Origin: an uncultured Acidobacteriaceae bacterium
GTDB taxonomy: Bacteria; Acidobacteriota; Terriglobia; Terriglobales; Acidobacteriaceae
DNA: 64,000 nucleotides
Reading direction: 5' to 3'
NCBI GenBank assembly: GCA_964563875.1
Contig: CAZLZA010000016.1
Span: 2,518 to 66,517, forward strand
The notes beneath the pieces are model-generated. The model did no database searches and was not told the origin of the DNA. It saw nothing but the letters and a program-made list of their open reading frames with translations. A program made the translations under genes and the position numbers. Below are positions 1 through 9,113 of this stretch, piece after piece; within the stretch, counting starts at the first letter, position 1, and the number at the start of each line of letters is the position of its first letter.

Positions 1-1359
1 CTGACCCGCGATCATCCGCGTCCGTGTTTGCAGTTCTACATCAAGCGCTGCCTGGGGCCGTGCGTGAAAGAGCTGACCACACCGGAGATTTATTTGGAAG
101 CGGTCAGGGATGTACGGCTGCTGCTGGAGGGGAAACCAACCGAGCTTTCCGGGTCGCTGCGCGAGCGCATGGAGCGAGCGGCAGAGGCGATGCAGTTTGA
201 GACCGCAGCGAAGTATCGCGACCTGATCGTAACCGTGGAGCAACTGAATGAAAAGCAGCGCATGACGGCGGCGGAAGGCGATGACATCGACGTGCTCGGC
301 TATCACTATGAGAATCATCTGCTGGCGGTGAACCTGTTCCACATGCGCGGCGGCAAGGTGCTGGACCGGCGCGAATTCTTCTGGGAGGATCTGGGCGAGT
401 TGGAATCCGCCGTGGGCTTCGATGTGGGCGAATTCTTCAGCACGCTGCTGAAACAGCTCTACCTCGATGCGCCCTACGTTCCGCGCACGATCTACGTTCC
501 GGTGGATTTTGAAGACCGCGCGGCGCTGGAGGAGTTGCTCAGCGAAAAACGCGGCTCCCGGAGCTATATCGAGGTTCCGCAGAGGGGCGACAAGCGCTCG
601 CTGATCGATCTGGCAGGCAACAACGCGAAGCAATCCTACGACCAGCGCTTCCGAGTGATGAAGCCGCGAACCGATGAGTTGAAGAGCGTGCTGCAGGATG
701 TGTTCCTGCTGGCCGAGGAGCCGTCGCGCATTGAGTGCTTCGACATTTCGCACATCCAGGGCACGGAGACCGTCGCGTCCATGGTGGTGTGGGAAGACGG
801 CAAGATGAAGAACTCGGATTACCGCAAGTTCATCATCCGCATGGTGGAGGGGATTGACGACTTCAAGTCGATGCACGAGGTGGTGACGCGGCGCTACCGG
901 CGGGTGCTGGAAGAGGGTAAGGCGATGCCTTCGCTGGTGCTGGTGGACGGTGGACTGGGACAGTTGCACGCGGCGGCGCGGGCCTTGGAAGAGCTGGGAC
1001 TGGCGGCACAGCCGTTGGCTTCGATTGCCAAACGGGAGGAGATTCTTTATCTCTACGGGCAGGAGGACGAACCGATTGTGCTGGACCGTCACTCGCCGGT
1101 GCTGCTGCTGATCCAACAGGTTCGCGATGAGGCTCATCGCTTTGCCATCACCTTCCACCGTAAGCGCCGGCAGATGCGGGATCGCACCACGGAACTTGGC
1201 GAGGTGCCCGGCATTGGCGAGATGACGACGCGACGACTGCTGCAACACTTCGGCTCGCTGCGTGCCGTGAAGCAGGCGAACTACGCCGCCCTGACCTCGG
1301 TGGTGACGACCAAGCAGGCGGAGGCAATTCTGGAGTTCTTCCGGCGGGATGAGGCTTAG
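1..1359 (+). CDS. uvrC: Excinuclease ABC subunit C (UvrC), C-terminal ~450 aa; the 5' end lies outside the window
   Basis: Frame 1 is open from base 1. The translation has a UVR-like stretch (FETAAKYRDLI), the UvrC endonuclease core (ECFDISHIQGTETVASMVVW) and a C-terminal HhH pair (GIGEMTTRRLLQHFGSL). Confidence 0.9.
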   Translation: MTRDHPRPCLQFYIKRCLGPCVKELTTPEIYLEAVRDVRLLLEGKPTELSGSLRERMERAAEAMQFETAAKYRDLIVTVEQLNEKQRMTAAEGDDIDVLGYHYENHLLAVNLFHMRGGKVLDRREFFWEDLGELESAVGFDVGEFFSTLLKQLYLDAPYVPRTIYVPVDFEDRAALEELLSEKRGSRSYIEVPQRGDKRSLIDLAGNNAKQSYDQRFRVMKPRTDELKSVLQDVFLLAEEPSRIECFDISHIQGTETVASMVVWEDGKMKNSDYRKFIIRMVEGIDDFKSMHEVVTRRYRRVLEEGKAMPSLVLVDGGLGQLHAAARALEELGLAAQPLASIAKREEILYLYGQEDEPIVLDRHSPVLLLIQQVRDEAHRFAITFHRKRRQMRDRTTELGEVPGIGEMTTRRLLQHFGSLRAVKQANYAALTSVVTTKQAEAILEFFRRDEA

Positions 1360-1361
1360 GG

Positions 1362-1415
1362 GTGGCTAGAGATAGCGCTGTGGCTAGAGATAGCGTTGCG
1401 GCTGGCGATATCAAT
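1362..1415. repeat. 18-bp tandem repeat x3 (GTGGCTAGAGATAGCGYT twice, then a degenerate copy GCGGCTGGCGATATCAAT), starting 3 nt after the uvrC stop
   Basis: Read directly: gtggctagagatagcgct / gtggctagagatagcgtt / gcggctggcgatatcaat. Confidence 0.85.
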
Positions 1416-1479
1416 GTTGGGTCTACCCTTCTTGTGCCGCGCCTGCGCGCCGCGCTGGCGAACCTGCTGCCCGATCCCC

Positions 1480-1609
1480 GGCGGGTGGCCCAGAGTTGGC
1501 GCTGTTCCAACTCTGGGGCTCTGCAAATAAAGTAGATGTTTTGCAGCCGGGGTAGTTGGGCGGGTGGCCCACAACCGCCCTCCGTTGGGATTGTGGGGTG
1601 CGATCCCAC
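1480..1609. repeat. Cluster of consecutive hairpins. The 13-mer GGCGGGTGGCCCA occurs twice (1480-1492, 1559-1571), and each copy leads into a different stem-loop.
   Basis: Stems read directly: CCCAGAGTTGG(1489-1499)/CCAACTCTGGG(1507-1517), a perfect 11 bp; CTGCAAA(1521-1527)/TTTGCAG(1540-1546); CCCACAA(1568-1574)/TTGTGGG(1591-1597); GTGGG(1593-1597)/CCCAC(1605-1609). Confidence 0.7.
1521..1558 (+). repeat. Copy 1 of a repeated motif: a 7-bp stem enclosing AATAAAGTAGATGTTTTG, followed by CGGGGTAGTTG
   Basis: ctgcaaATAAAGTAGATGTTTTGcagcCGGGGTAGTTG. A similar sequence occurs at 2445-2496. Confidence 0.6.
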
Positions 1610-1804
1610 GCCTGCGCTCCCTCTCCCCATAGCGTGGGTCAATCAAAATCCATTTTGGGATACTGAGTGCCTTGGCCTGATATTGTCAGCTTTTGCGCTG
1701 GTGAGCAAAAACGGCGAGAGTGCGGCGGCGGGGATACTCCACTGCTGGCTTGGATTCCAGCCGACGCTCACTTAGCGGTTCTCCTTTTGACTCAGTGGAG
1801 CCGG

Positions 1805-2281
1805 TTAGCCACCGCAGTCCGAAATGAAGCGTACTTGGCCGCAGGAGGCTGAGTTAAATTCAGCCTCACAGCCAGGAGTGATTGAATTAGCGGGTAGATT
1901 TCGAACCTTTTGAGGGTGCCACCAGATTGCCACAGGTCCAGCAGCCCAGATGTATCCCTCGGGAACAAGCACCCTATCGAAATGAAGAATGTATTTCTCC
2001 GAGGCACATTCTGTCGGAAGCGATAACAGGATGAACTCGTGCCCGAGATCCGGACGACCACCAAAATACCCGTCGTACACATCGGACGGCGCCATCGGCT
2101 TCGGCTTAATACCCCTCAGATACTCGGAGTACCTGAAGTGGTCGACAGTGACATGGTCTGATTCGTCGTCAGTCCGAAAGTGAGTCCAGAAAATGCGGAC
2201 CTGGCCGGTGCGCATAAGAGCCGTGATCATTACCGAAGCGGTAATCAAGAAAATCCCGGCGGTCCAAAATACCTTTTTCAC
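1805..2281 (-). CDS. Hypothetical protein with one N-terminal TM helix
   Basis: 158-aa ORF. The N-terminus MKKVFWTAGIFLITASVMITALM is a TM/signal anchor. The DNA is visibly more AT-rich than its neighbours. I recognise no family. Confidence 0.45.
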   Translation of the reverse strand: MKKVFWTAGIFLITASVMITALMRTGQVRIFWTHFRTDDESDHVTVDHFRYSEYLRGIKPKPMAPSDVYDGYFGGRPDLGHEFILLSLPTECASEKYILHFDRVLVPEGYIWAAGPVAIWWHPQKVRNLPANSITPGCEAEFNSASCGQVRFISDCGG

Positions 2282-2444
2282 CGCTTCATAATGCTACATT
2301 TCACAGCAGGCAGCAACACTGATAAATGATTCCATGAAGGTCTTCAGCAACGGAGCCGCGTTGCTTCCGCAAGTAGCAACTGGTACCTGTAGCAAAATCG
2401 CCAAGTCACTCACAATCCCGAATCAGAACCGTTAGCCGGGCCTG

Positions 2445-2496
2445 CTTTGCCAATAAAGTTGATGTTTTGTTCTATCGGCAAAGCTCGGGGTAGTTG
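2445..2496 (+). repeat. Copy 2 of the AATAAAGTWGATGTTTTG ... CGGGGTAGTTG motif, with a different but still complementary 7-bp stem
   Basis: CTTTGCC(2445-2451) aataaagttgatgttttgttctatc GGCAAAG(2477-2483) ct CGGGGTAGTTG(2486-2496). Confidence 0.6.
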
Positions 2497-2872
2497 ACCC
2501 TGCCCTTCGCATCATTATCCACCCAGTAACTTACCGCCTCTCAACGATTACCCATCTTGCCAATCTTGCTGCCCCGACTTCGGTGCAAACCGCCAAAATC
2601 CACCGTATTCCAGCCGCCCCGAAACGCCCCGAAACGGCACCTTCGCACGTCAAAAACGCGCACTTCTGCTCCGAAATCGCCCATTCCGCACTGTTGTCAA
2701 GCGATTTTTCTTTCACTTTCCTTCCAACCAACTGATTCAAAACCACATACAGTTCGCCACCCATTGAGGGAATCACCCTCCATTTTTGCTATCCTGAAGT
2801 TAGGAAGCCCGGACGACAGGAGTTAACTATCCTGTTTTCAAATTTTTACCGGGAAATATAGAGGGGGTACAC

Positions 2873-2895
2873 ACCGCGCCGAAAAGCGCGGTTTT
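2873..2895 (+). terminator. Short terminator-like hairpin (ACCGCGC-cgaaaa-GCGCGGT + TTT) inside a 777-bp ORF-poor region
   Basis: Read directly: acaccgcgccgaaaagcgcggttttcc. The T-run is present only in the + orientation. No annotated + strand gene ends here. Confidence 0.3.
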
Positions 2896-3058
2896 CCGCC
2901 GACGCCGTTACCGCCGACATATCCAAAGGTCCAAAGGTCGGACGTGGTTTCGCTGCTGCCAAACCGGATTCAGATGTCGAGTAATTATGCGTTCAAGAGC
3001 CTTTGGGATGATACCTGTTTACGCACCAAGTGGCTCACTATCCAGACCTGCCGCTACT

Positions 3059-4024
3059 CTAGCTGGCGACGCAGGATGCGTCGGCGGGCAAGGTTTGCTG
3101 AGGCAAGGCCTGCTGAGCCAAGTAGAGAGCACCCTCATAGGGCTGGCGCGCGATCAAACGAACATGAACCTCGGGACGGTCGGTGCGGATGATATTGCTG
3201 AAGACCTGGCGAATGCGGGACGAGCGGGCAAAAACACCGCCGGTGATAGCGACTTCCAATCCGATGCGTCCGGCCCAGAGGCGGCGCAGGACGATCTGCG
3301 CGACGCGCGCCAGTTCGGTTCCGGCGACGGTGAGAATTTCACTGGCGAGCAGGTCGTTAGCCTCGGCGGCGGCGAGCACCACGGGGAACAACTCGGCAAA
3401 GCCTGGAAAATCCTGATGACAGCGCTGCACGAGTTGCTCGCGGGTAACGATTCGCCACTTCTCCATGATCCCGGTGATGAGACCGCTGCTACGGCCCATG
3501 TCCATGGCGCGCAGGCACTGCGAGACCGCACGCTGACCGATCCAGTATCCCGACCCTTCATCAGAGACCGCACGGCCCCACCCGCCAGCGCGCGCGAATT
3601 CGCCGCGTTCGTTGCGGCCAAAGGCGACGGAGCCAGTGCCGGAGATACAGACTACGCCGGGGCTTCCGGGAAAGGCAGCTTCCAGAGCGATGACGGTGTC
3701 TCCCACCACCTGGACGGCGGCGTGGGGAAGAAGTTCGGCGAGGATTGCGGAGATGGTTTCGGCCACCTCGGGGGAACTGCCTCCGGCGACTCCAGCACAT
3801 ACGCTGCTCACGGCAGAGGCGGAAATTCCGGCGGAGGAAAGCGCACCGTGAACGGCTTCGGCAAGCGCCACGCGGGCATTTTCACGGGAGACAAAGGTAA
3901 GGTTGCAGGCACCGGCGGTATGGGTCGCCAGCACCGAGATACCATCCGATACCGCGACCGCGGACTTGCTTCCGCCCCCGTCGATTCCCAAGAGAAAGGA
4001 CATAGCGGTTTTATTCTGGCACAT
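3059..4024 (-). CDS. BadF/BadG/BcrA/BcrD-type ATPase; N-acetylglucosamine-kinase-like sugar kinase
   Basis: N-terminal phosphate-1 motif LLGIDGGGSKS, then ISGTGSVAFG and a GGWG..SDEGSGYWIG motif typical of this ASKHA kinase family. The start could be 4024 or 4003 (MSFLLGIDGGG). It lies directly downstream of glgA on the same strand. Confidence 0.75.
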   Translation of the reverse strand: MCQNKTAMSFLLGIDGGGSKSAVAVSDGISVLATHTAGACNLTFVSRENARVALAEAVHGALSSAGISASAVSSVCAGVAGGSSPEVAETISAILAELLPHAAVQVVGDTVIALEAAFPGSPGVVCISGTGSVAFGRNERGEFARAGGWGRAVSDEGSGYWIGQRAVSQCLRAMDMGRSSGLITGIMEKWRIVTREQLVQRCHQDFPGFAELFPVVLAAAEANDLLASEILTVAGTELARVAQIVLRRLWAGRIGLEVAITGGVFARSSRIRQVFSNIIRTDRPEVHVRLIARQPYEGALYLAQQALPQQTLPADASCVAS

Positions 4025-4114
4025 TCCTGTTCGCGGAAGAATACCGGGAATACTAAGTGATACCCCCCAGAGAAGCCGAGCTCATCGGCATCCCGAAAGA
4101 GTGTGGGATGAGGT

Positions 4115-5578
4115 TCATCCCACGGTCAGCACCGCACGGCGCGAGGCGCGCACCTTTTCGTAGACCCTGAGGTATTCGCGGGCGGAGACCGTCCAGGAGA
4201 AGTCGCGGGCCATTCCGTTGAGCATGAGTTTGCGCCACTCGTTGGGCTTGGCAAACAGGGCGAGCGCCGTCCGCATGGTGGTCAGCAGAGCTTCCGGGGT
4301 GTGCTCGTGGAACTTGAAGCCGGTGCCTTTACCGGTGCGAAGTTCGTATGCTTCGATGGTGTCATCGAGTCCTCCGGTGGCGCGGACGATGGGGACGGTA
4401 CCGTACTTGAGCGAATAGATCTGGTTGAGGCCGCAGGGCTCATAGCGCGAGGGCATGAGAAATATATCGGAGCCAGCCTCGATCTTGTGAGCCACCTCAT
4501 TGTCGTATCCAATCTTGACGGCGAAGCGTTGCGGATACTGGCGGACGAGACGGCGGAAGAGATCTTCGTAATCCTTGTCTCCAGAGCCGAGAACGCAGAA
4601 GGTAAGATTCTCGTGAGCCAGGCGGTCGGCGGCGAGGGCGATCAGATCGAATCCCTTCTGGGCGGCAAAGCGGGAGACGATGCCGACGACCGGCCCAGTG
4701 GAGTCGGGGTCGAGCGAGAAGCGGAGCAACAGATCTCGGCGGCACTCCTGCTTGCCATCGAGTGACTCCGCCGAATAATGGGCGGCGATGAAGCGGTCGG
4801 TGGCAGGACTCCACTCCTCGTAATCGACCCCGTTGAGAATACCCGCGACATTCGGATTGCGGCTGCGCAAGACGCCTTCCAAACCGAAGCCGTACTCCAC
4901 GGTCTGGATCTCCTGGGCATATTTACGGCTGACGGTGGTGATGAAATCCGAGTAAGTCAGCGCACCCTTGAGGAAGTTCACTTTGCCGAAGAACTCCAGC
5001 TTGGTGATGGTGAACAGGTCCCAGGGCAGCATGAGAAGCGGCAGCGTGTCTGGGGGAAAGACACCTTGATACCCGATGTTATGGATGGTGAAGACCGTGG
5101 CGACCTTTTCAAACGCAGGGTCTTCGTCGTAGAGGGTGCGCAGGAGAACGGGAATCAGCGCGGTCTGCCAGTCATGGCAGTGGAAGACATCGGGCACGCC
5201 GAGGATTTTGGCGGCTTCCAGAACCGCGCGGCAATAGAGGGCGAAGCGCTCGGGATTGTCATGGTAATCGCCGAGAGGAGTGCCGTAGAGAGCGTCACGA
5301 TCAAAGAACGGAGGATAATCGATGAAGTAGAACTGGACGCCGTGTTGCTGGCCGCCATCGACCACCGCGCAGAACCGGTAATTATCGTCGAAGGGGACGG
5401 TAATGCTGGCGATGACGGTACGCGGATCTTTGAGATGGGTCTGCCGGTACAGAGGCAGGTACACTGTAACTTGATGGCCGAGTGCGGCGACGGCACGCGG
5501 CAAGGCTCCGACGACGTCGGCAAGACCTCCAGTTTTGGAAAACGGAACACACTCGGAAGCGGCAAACAGGACGTGCAC
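4115..5578 (-). CDS. glgA: Glycogen synthase (ADP-glucose type)
   Basis: 487 aa. Canonical N-terminus MHVLFAASECVPFSKTGGLADVVGALP, and C-terminal GT-B motifs (SRFAAQKGFDL, PSRYEPCGLNQIY). Confidence 0.93.
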   Translation of the reverse strand: MHVLFAASECVPFSKTGGLADVVGALPRAVAALGHQVTVYLPLYRQTHLKDPRTVIASITVPFDDNYRFCAVVDGGQQHGVQFYFIDYPPFFDRDALYGTPLGDYHDNPERFALYCRAVLEAAKILGVPDVFHCHDWQTALIPVLLRTLYDEDPAFEKVATVFTIHNIGYQGVFPPDTLPLLMLPWDLFTITKLEFFGKVNFLKGALTYSDFITTVSRKYAQEIQTVEYGFGLEGVLRSRNPNVAGILNGVDYEEWSPATDRFIAAHYSAESLDGKQECRRDLLLRFSLDPDSTGPVVGIVSRFAAQKGFDLIALAADRLAHENLTFCVLGSGDKDYEDLFRRLVRQYPQRFAVKIGYDNEVAHKIEAGSDIFLMPSRYEPCGLNQIYSLKYGTVPIVRATGGLDDTIEAYELRTGKGTGFKFHEHTPEALLTTMRTALALFAKPNEWRKLMLNGMARDFSWTVSAREYLRVYEKVRASRRAVLTVG

Positions 5579-5692
5579 AGAGCCTCCAGAAAAACACGAA
5601 CAGAATTTGGATGCGCGGGGGCATTAGCATGGAACAGGGAATGAAATACGCGCAAGCGTGAAGTCTATCGGGCGAACGAAAGGCGGTCAAAC

Positions 5693-6568
5693 TTGGCGAA
5701 GGTTCTACCGAATCGAGTGGTGAGCACCAGAAAACCCAAACTGGGGCAGAACTTTCTGGTGGACCTGGATGCGATGCAGCGCATTGTGGACGCACTGGGC
5801 GACATCTCGGAGACGACCGTGGTGGAGATTGGTCCCGGAGAAGCGGCGCTGACCGAGTTGCTGGCAAAGCGCGCCGGAAGACTGATTGCCGTGGAACTGG
5901 ATCGCGTGCTGGCCGCGCAACTGCGTATGCACTTTACGCCGCTGAGCAATGTGGAGGTTCTGGAGGCAGACATCTTGCAAGTGGATCTGGGAACGGTGCT
6001 GGGCTCAACTCCTGGTCCGCTGCGCGATCTGCGTCCCACCGGACTGTTCAAGACGCAGGTGGTGGGTAACCTGCCGTATTACATCACCACGGACATCCTG
6101 CTGAAGTTGTTTGCGGCGGGCGACCGGATCGAAAGCCTGGTGCTGATGGTACAGAAGGAAGTGGCCGACCGGATCGTGGCCGCCCCGGGAAGTCGCGATT
6201 ACGGACTGCTCTCGGCAACGGCGCAGATGTACGGCACGGTGCAGAAGCTCTTCGAATTGGGACCGGAGTCGTTTGACCCGCCACCTAACGTGCGTTCGGC
6301 GGTATTCCGAATGAAGATGCAGCCACGCTTCGCGGAGCTGCAGGTGGACGAGGCGGGGTTCATCAGTTTCCTGAAGGTGATGTTCGCGCAGAAGCGAAAA
6401 ACCGTGAGTAACAACCTGAAACTGGCCTACGATAAAGCGGTGGCCAAGGCCGCGCTGATGGGCGCAGAGATTGAGCCAACCATGAGGGCCGAGGCGATCT
6501 CGCTGCCAGATATGGCACGGCTGTATCGGGAACTGAAACGGTTGGGAAAGGACGCGGTGGGACGATGA
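5693..6568 (+). CDS. rsmA: 16S rRNA (adenine1518/1519-N6)-dimethyltransferase
   Basis: KPKLGQNFLVD motif, SAM motif VVEIGPGEAALT and NLPYYITT motif. The listed start is TTG at 5693. An internal GTG about 25 nt downstream is also possible. Confidence 0.88.
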   Translation: MAKVLPNRVVSTRKPKLGQNFLVDLDAMQRIVDALGDISETTVVEIGPGEAALTELLAKRAGRLIAVELDRVLAAQLRMHFTPLSNVEVLEADILQVDLGTVLGSTPGPLRDLRPTGLFKTQVVGNLPYYITTDILLKLFAAGDRIESLVLMVQKEVADRIVAAPGSRDYGLLSATAQMYGTVQKLFELGPESFDPPPNVRSAVFRMKMQPRFAELQVDEAGFISFLKVMFAQKRKTVSNNLKLAYDKAVAKAALMGAEIEPTMRAEAISLPDMARLYRELKRLGKDAVGR

Positions 6569-7380
6569 GCCAAGTGCGGGAGGCAGCAGTGGCCGGGCAG
6601 TTCTATCCGGATTCGAGGGCGGAGCTGCTGCGCGAGGTTCAGGGATACTTGAGCAAGGCCGGCGACGGCCCTCGAGTGAAGGCGCTGGGAGTGATTGCGC
6701 CACACGCGGCTTACGTGTATTCGGGAGCGGTGGCAGGAGCGGTGTATGCCCACGTCGAGATTCCTCGCAGGGTAATTGTGCTTTGCCCAAATCACACCGG
6801 ACTGGGTGAGCCACTATCCATCATGAGCACGGGAAGTTTCCGCACCCCGCTGGGCGATGCCGCGATTGACAGCACGCTGGCGGCGGCGCTGAAGGCCGGC
6901 TTCCCTCTGCTGCGCGAGGATGCGGCAGCGCAGATACGCGAGCACTCGGTGGAAGTTCAACTGCCCTTTTTGCAGGCGGTGCGGGACGATTTGGCGTTTG
7001 TGCCGATCACGGTGGGGACCGGGCAATTTGAGGTGCTGACCGCTTTGGGCGTGGTGCTGGCCAAGGTGATTGCAGAGAGTGGCGATGCTGTGCTCATGAT
7101 CGCCTCCAGCGATATGAATCACTATGAGGACGACGCGGAAACCAGGGTAAAGGATGCGCTGGCGATCGAGCAGGTGCTCGCCTTGCAGCCCAAAGGGCTC
7201 TTCCAGACCGTACTGGGCCAGCAGATTTCGATGTGCGGGTACGGCCCGGCGGTGGCGATGCTGACGGCCGCTCTGCGGCTGGGCGCGAGTTCCGCTGAGC
7301 TGGTGAAGTACGCGACCTCGGGAGATGTGTCGGGCGACCGGACGCACGTGGTGGGGTATGCGGGGATCGCCGTAGTGTAA
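6565..7380 (+). CDS. MEMO1-family protein (AmmeMemoRadiSam system protein B-like)
   Basis: AGQFYP near the N-terminus and APHAAYVYSG, both hallmark Memo motifs. The start overlaps the rsmA stop by 4 nt (ATGA). Confidence 0.8.
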   Translation: MSQVREAAVAGQFYPDSRAELLREVQGYLSKAGDGPRVKALGVIAPHAAYVYSGAVAGAVYAHVEIPRRVIVLCPNHTGLGEPLSIMSTGSFRTPLGDAAIDSTLAAALKAGFPLLREDAAAQIREHSVEVQLPFLQAVRDDLAFVPITVGTGQFEVLTALGVVLAKVIAESGDAVLMIASSDMNHYEDDAETRVKDALAIEQVLALQPKGLFQTVLGQQISMCGYGPAVAMLTAALRLGASSAELVKYATSGDVSGDRTHVVGYAGIAVV

Positions 7381-7493
7381 GCGCGCTCGCCCGGTCGATC
7401 ACAACAACGCAAAATCAAGAGATACGTTGGGCAATGTCTCTCCCTCCCACCTTGTATGTTCAAAACAAGATACCGAGGCGGGACAGCGCAGAA

Positions 7494-9047
7494 CTATCGA
7501 TGGCCACCCCCGCCACCGTGGAAACCGCCTCCACCGCTGATCCCGCCGCCACTGACGTGCGGAGCAGAGCTGGCGGGCGAAGCGCTGGGGGCATGCGGAA
7601 TCGAGACTGGCGGAGCGCTGAAGCTGCGTGGAGCCGGATTGCCAGCGCAGGAATATCCGCGAGAAGTCGGATTGCCGACATAGGAATAGTTGCGCGGCGG
7701 CATTGCGTGGGTCGTCGTCGTGGGTGGACGATGCACCTCATACCCACTATTTCCGTTGCGGCCAGTGCTGATATAACCGTTACGGCCAGCACCGGAACCA
7801 GTGACAGAGTACGATCCCCTCTGGCCGGTGATGGTCATGCCGTTGATCAGGGACACGACCGGTCCGTGGGCGAGGTTGGAGCCGCGCGCAGTGGGAGCAG
7901 TGACGGCTCCGGTGCTGCTGACGAATCCCGTGGCGTGGGCCGCCCCAGGAGCGTGGGTTTGGTTGATCGGTCCGACTGAAAGATGCGAGCCCGCCACGGC
8001 TACCGTGCCATGGGCCAGGTGAGCGGGAGGATGCGGTGCGGTCCAGTTGCCCGCCGGGTGACCGGCAATCAGAGGTCGCGGATGGAAACCGCCACCGGGG
8101 CCATAACCGTGCCAATGGCCAGAACGCCACCACCAGCCGCGCCCGCCGAGGTAGCACCAATTGCCGTAGTAGAAAGGCGCCCAGCCCCAGGGATATCCGG
8201 AGACAAAGGTCCAGCCCCAGTCTGGATAGTAACTCCAGGCACCATTGTCATAGGGGTCCCAGTCGAGACCGACACCGTTGGGCTGCCAGACCTCGCCGTA
8301 ACCGGGCTGGTCGCTGTATGTGCCATAGGCGCCGAGATCGGCTACTCCGGGGGCGTTGGCATCGTCACTGCCGGAGTACTGCGCTCCGGCGGAGGCATTC
8401 TGATCGTTGTAGCTGTTGCGCTGCTGATCCCAGGCGTCCTCCGGTTCCTGGGGAACGCTGTTGAGGCGAGCCGCGCTTTCGGGCTGTCCGAGGATGTAGT
8501 TGTAGGTCTCGCCGCTGTGGACCTTTGGGTTTCCCGCACTTGCCTGCACGATCGCCTCACCGTCCATCATGGCAAGCGATGCCGTCTGCTGATCGACCGT
8601 AAAGCGCAGATGCGACGGTTTGGTAATGGCAAAGGACTCGCTGGACGGCGCGAGGATGCGGAATTGCTCGTGATGCTGCATCCGCGCATTGACATAGACC
8701 TCGCCGGAATCGACTTGAATGACATTTACCAGAGAACCATCGGGGGCGGTGGAGAGCTCGGTCAGGGTGATCTGCGCGGGGCCGGCGAGACGGACGCTGC
8801 TGCCATCTTCGAACTCAAGCTCGGCTCGGGAGTTTTCGGCGGCGTAGAGGCGCGCTCCGCCGATGACCGGCATGTTGTTGATGGCCTGCTCCCAACCATC
8901 GCCGGCATTGCGATCAATCTGCACGTCTCCCTGGGCGAGGCTGAGACGGACGATCCGGACTGCCGGGGCACCAGAGGCAAAGGCAAAGGCCGAGAGAGCA
9001 AAGAGCACGACCGTACAGCAAAGGAGTCGAACTCTGCGGGTGTTCAT
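7494..9047 (-). CDS. Secreted FecR-domain protein with a W/Y/G/P-rich middle region and a poly-Gly C-terminus
   Basis: Signal peptide MNTRRVRLLCCTVVLFALSAFAFA. FecR-like segment (VRIVRLSLAQGDVQIDRN...ARLYAAENSRAELEFEDGSSVRL). The W-rich block is GYPWGWAPFYYGNWCYLGGRGWWWRSGHWHGYGPGGG. The tail is SGGGISGGGGFHGGGGGHR. Confidence 0.8.
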   Translation of the reverse strand: MNTRRVRLLCCTVVLFALSAFAFASGAPAVRIVRLSLAQGDVQIDRNAGDGWEQAINNMPVIGGARLYAAENSRAELEFEDGSSVRLAGPAQITLTELSTAPDGSLVNVIQVDSGEVYVNARMQHHEQFRILAPSSESFAITKPSHLRFTVDQQTASLAMMDGEAIVQASAGNPKVHSGETYNYILGQPESAARLNSVPQEPEDAWDQQRNSYNDQNASAGAQYSGSDDANAPGVADLGAYGTYSDQPGYGEVWQPNGVGLDWDPYDNGAWSYYPDWGWTFVSGYPWGWAPFYYGNWCYLGGRGWWWRSGHWHGYGPGGGFHPRPLIAGHPAGNWTAPHPPAHLAHGTVAVAGSHLSVGPINQTHAPGAAHATGFVSSTGAVTAPTARGSNLAHGPVVSLINGMTITGQRGSYSVTGSGAGRNGYISTGRNGNSGYEVHRPPTTTTHAMPPRNYSYVGNPTSRGYSCAGNPAPRSFSAPPVSIPHAPSASPASSAPHVSGGGISGGGGFHGGGGGHR

Positions 9048-9113
9048 GGCGATACTCCTGCGTTAAACAGTATGAACTCTAACGCGGCGTAGAAGGTGCG
9101 GTGGGGACGAGAT

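Noticed and set aside
1362-1415. Possible CRISPR array
   Set aside because: The copies are directly adjacent 18-mers without spacers, and there are only three of them. There are no cas genes in the window.
1593-1609. tRNA T-arm-like hairpin GTGGG-GTGCGAT-CCCAC
   Set aside because: I tried to build acceptor, D and anticodon arms from the ~75 nt upstream and could not. The loop also deviates from TTCRANY. At most it is a tRNA-like fragment, not a tRNA gene.
2987-4060. 357-aa + strand ORF
   Set aside because: Antisense to the BadF-type kinase gene (GIDGGGSKS motif on the other strand). Composition is Gly/Ala/Arg-biased, with no motif.
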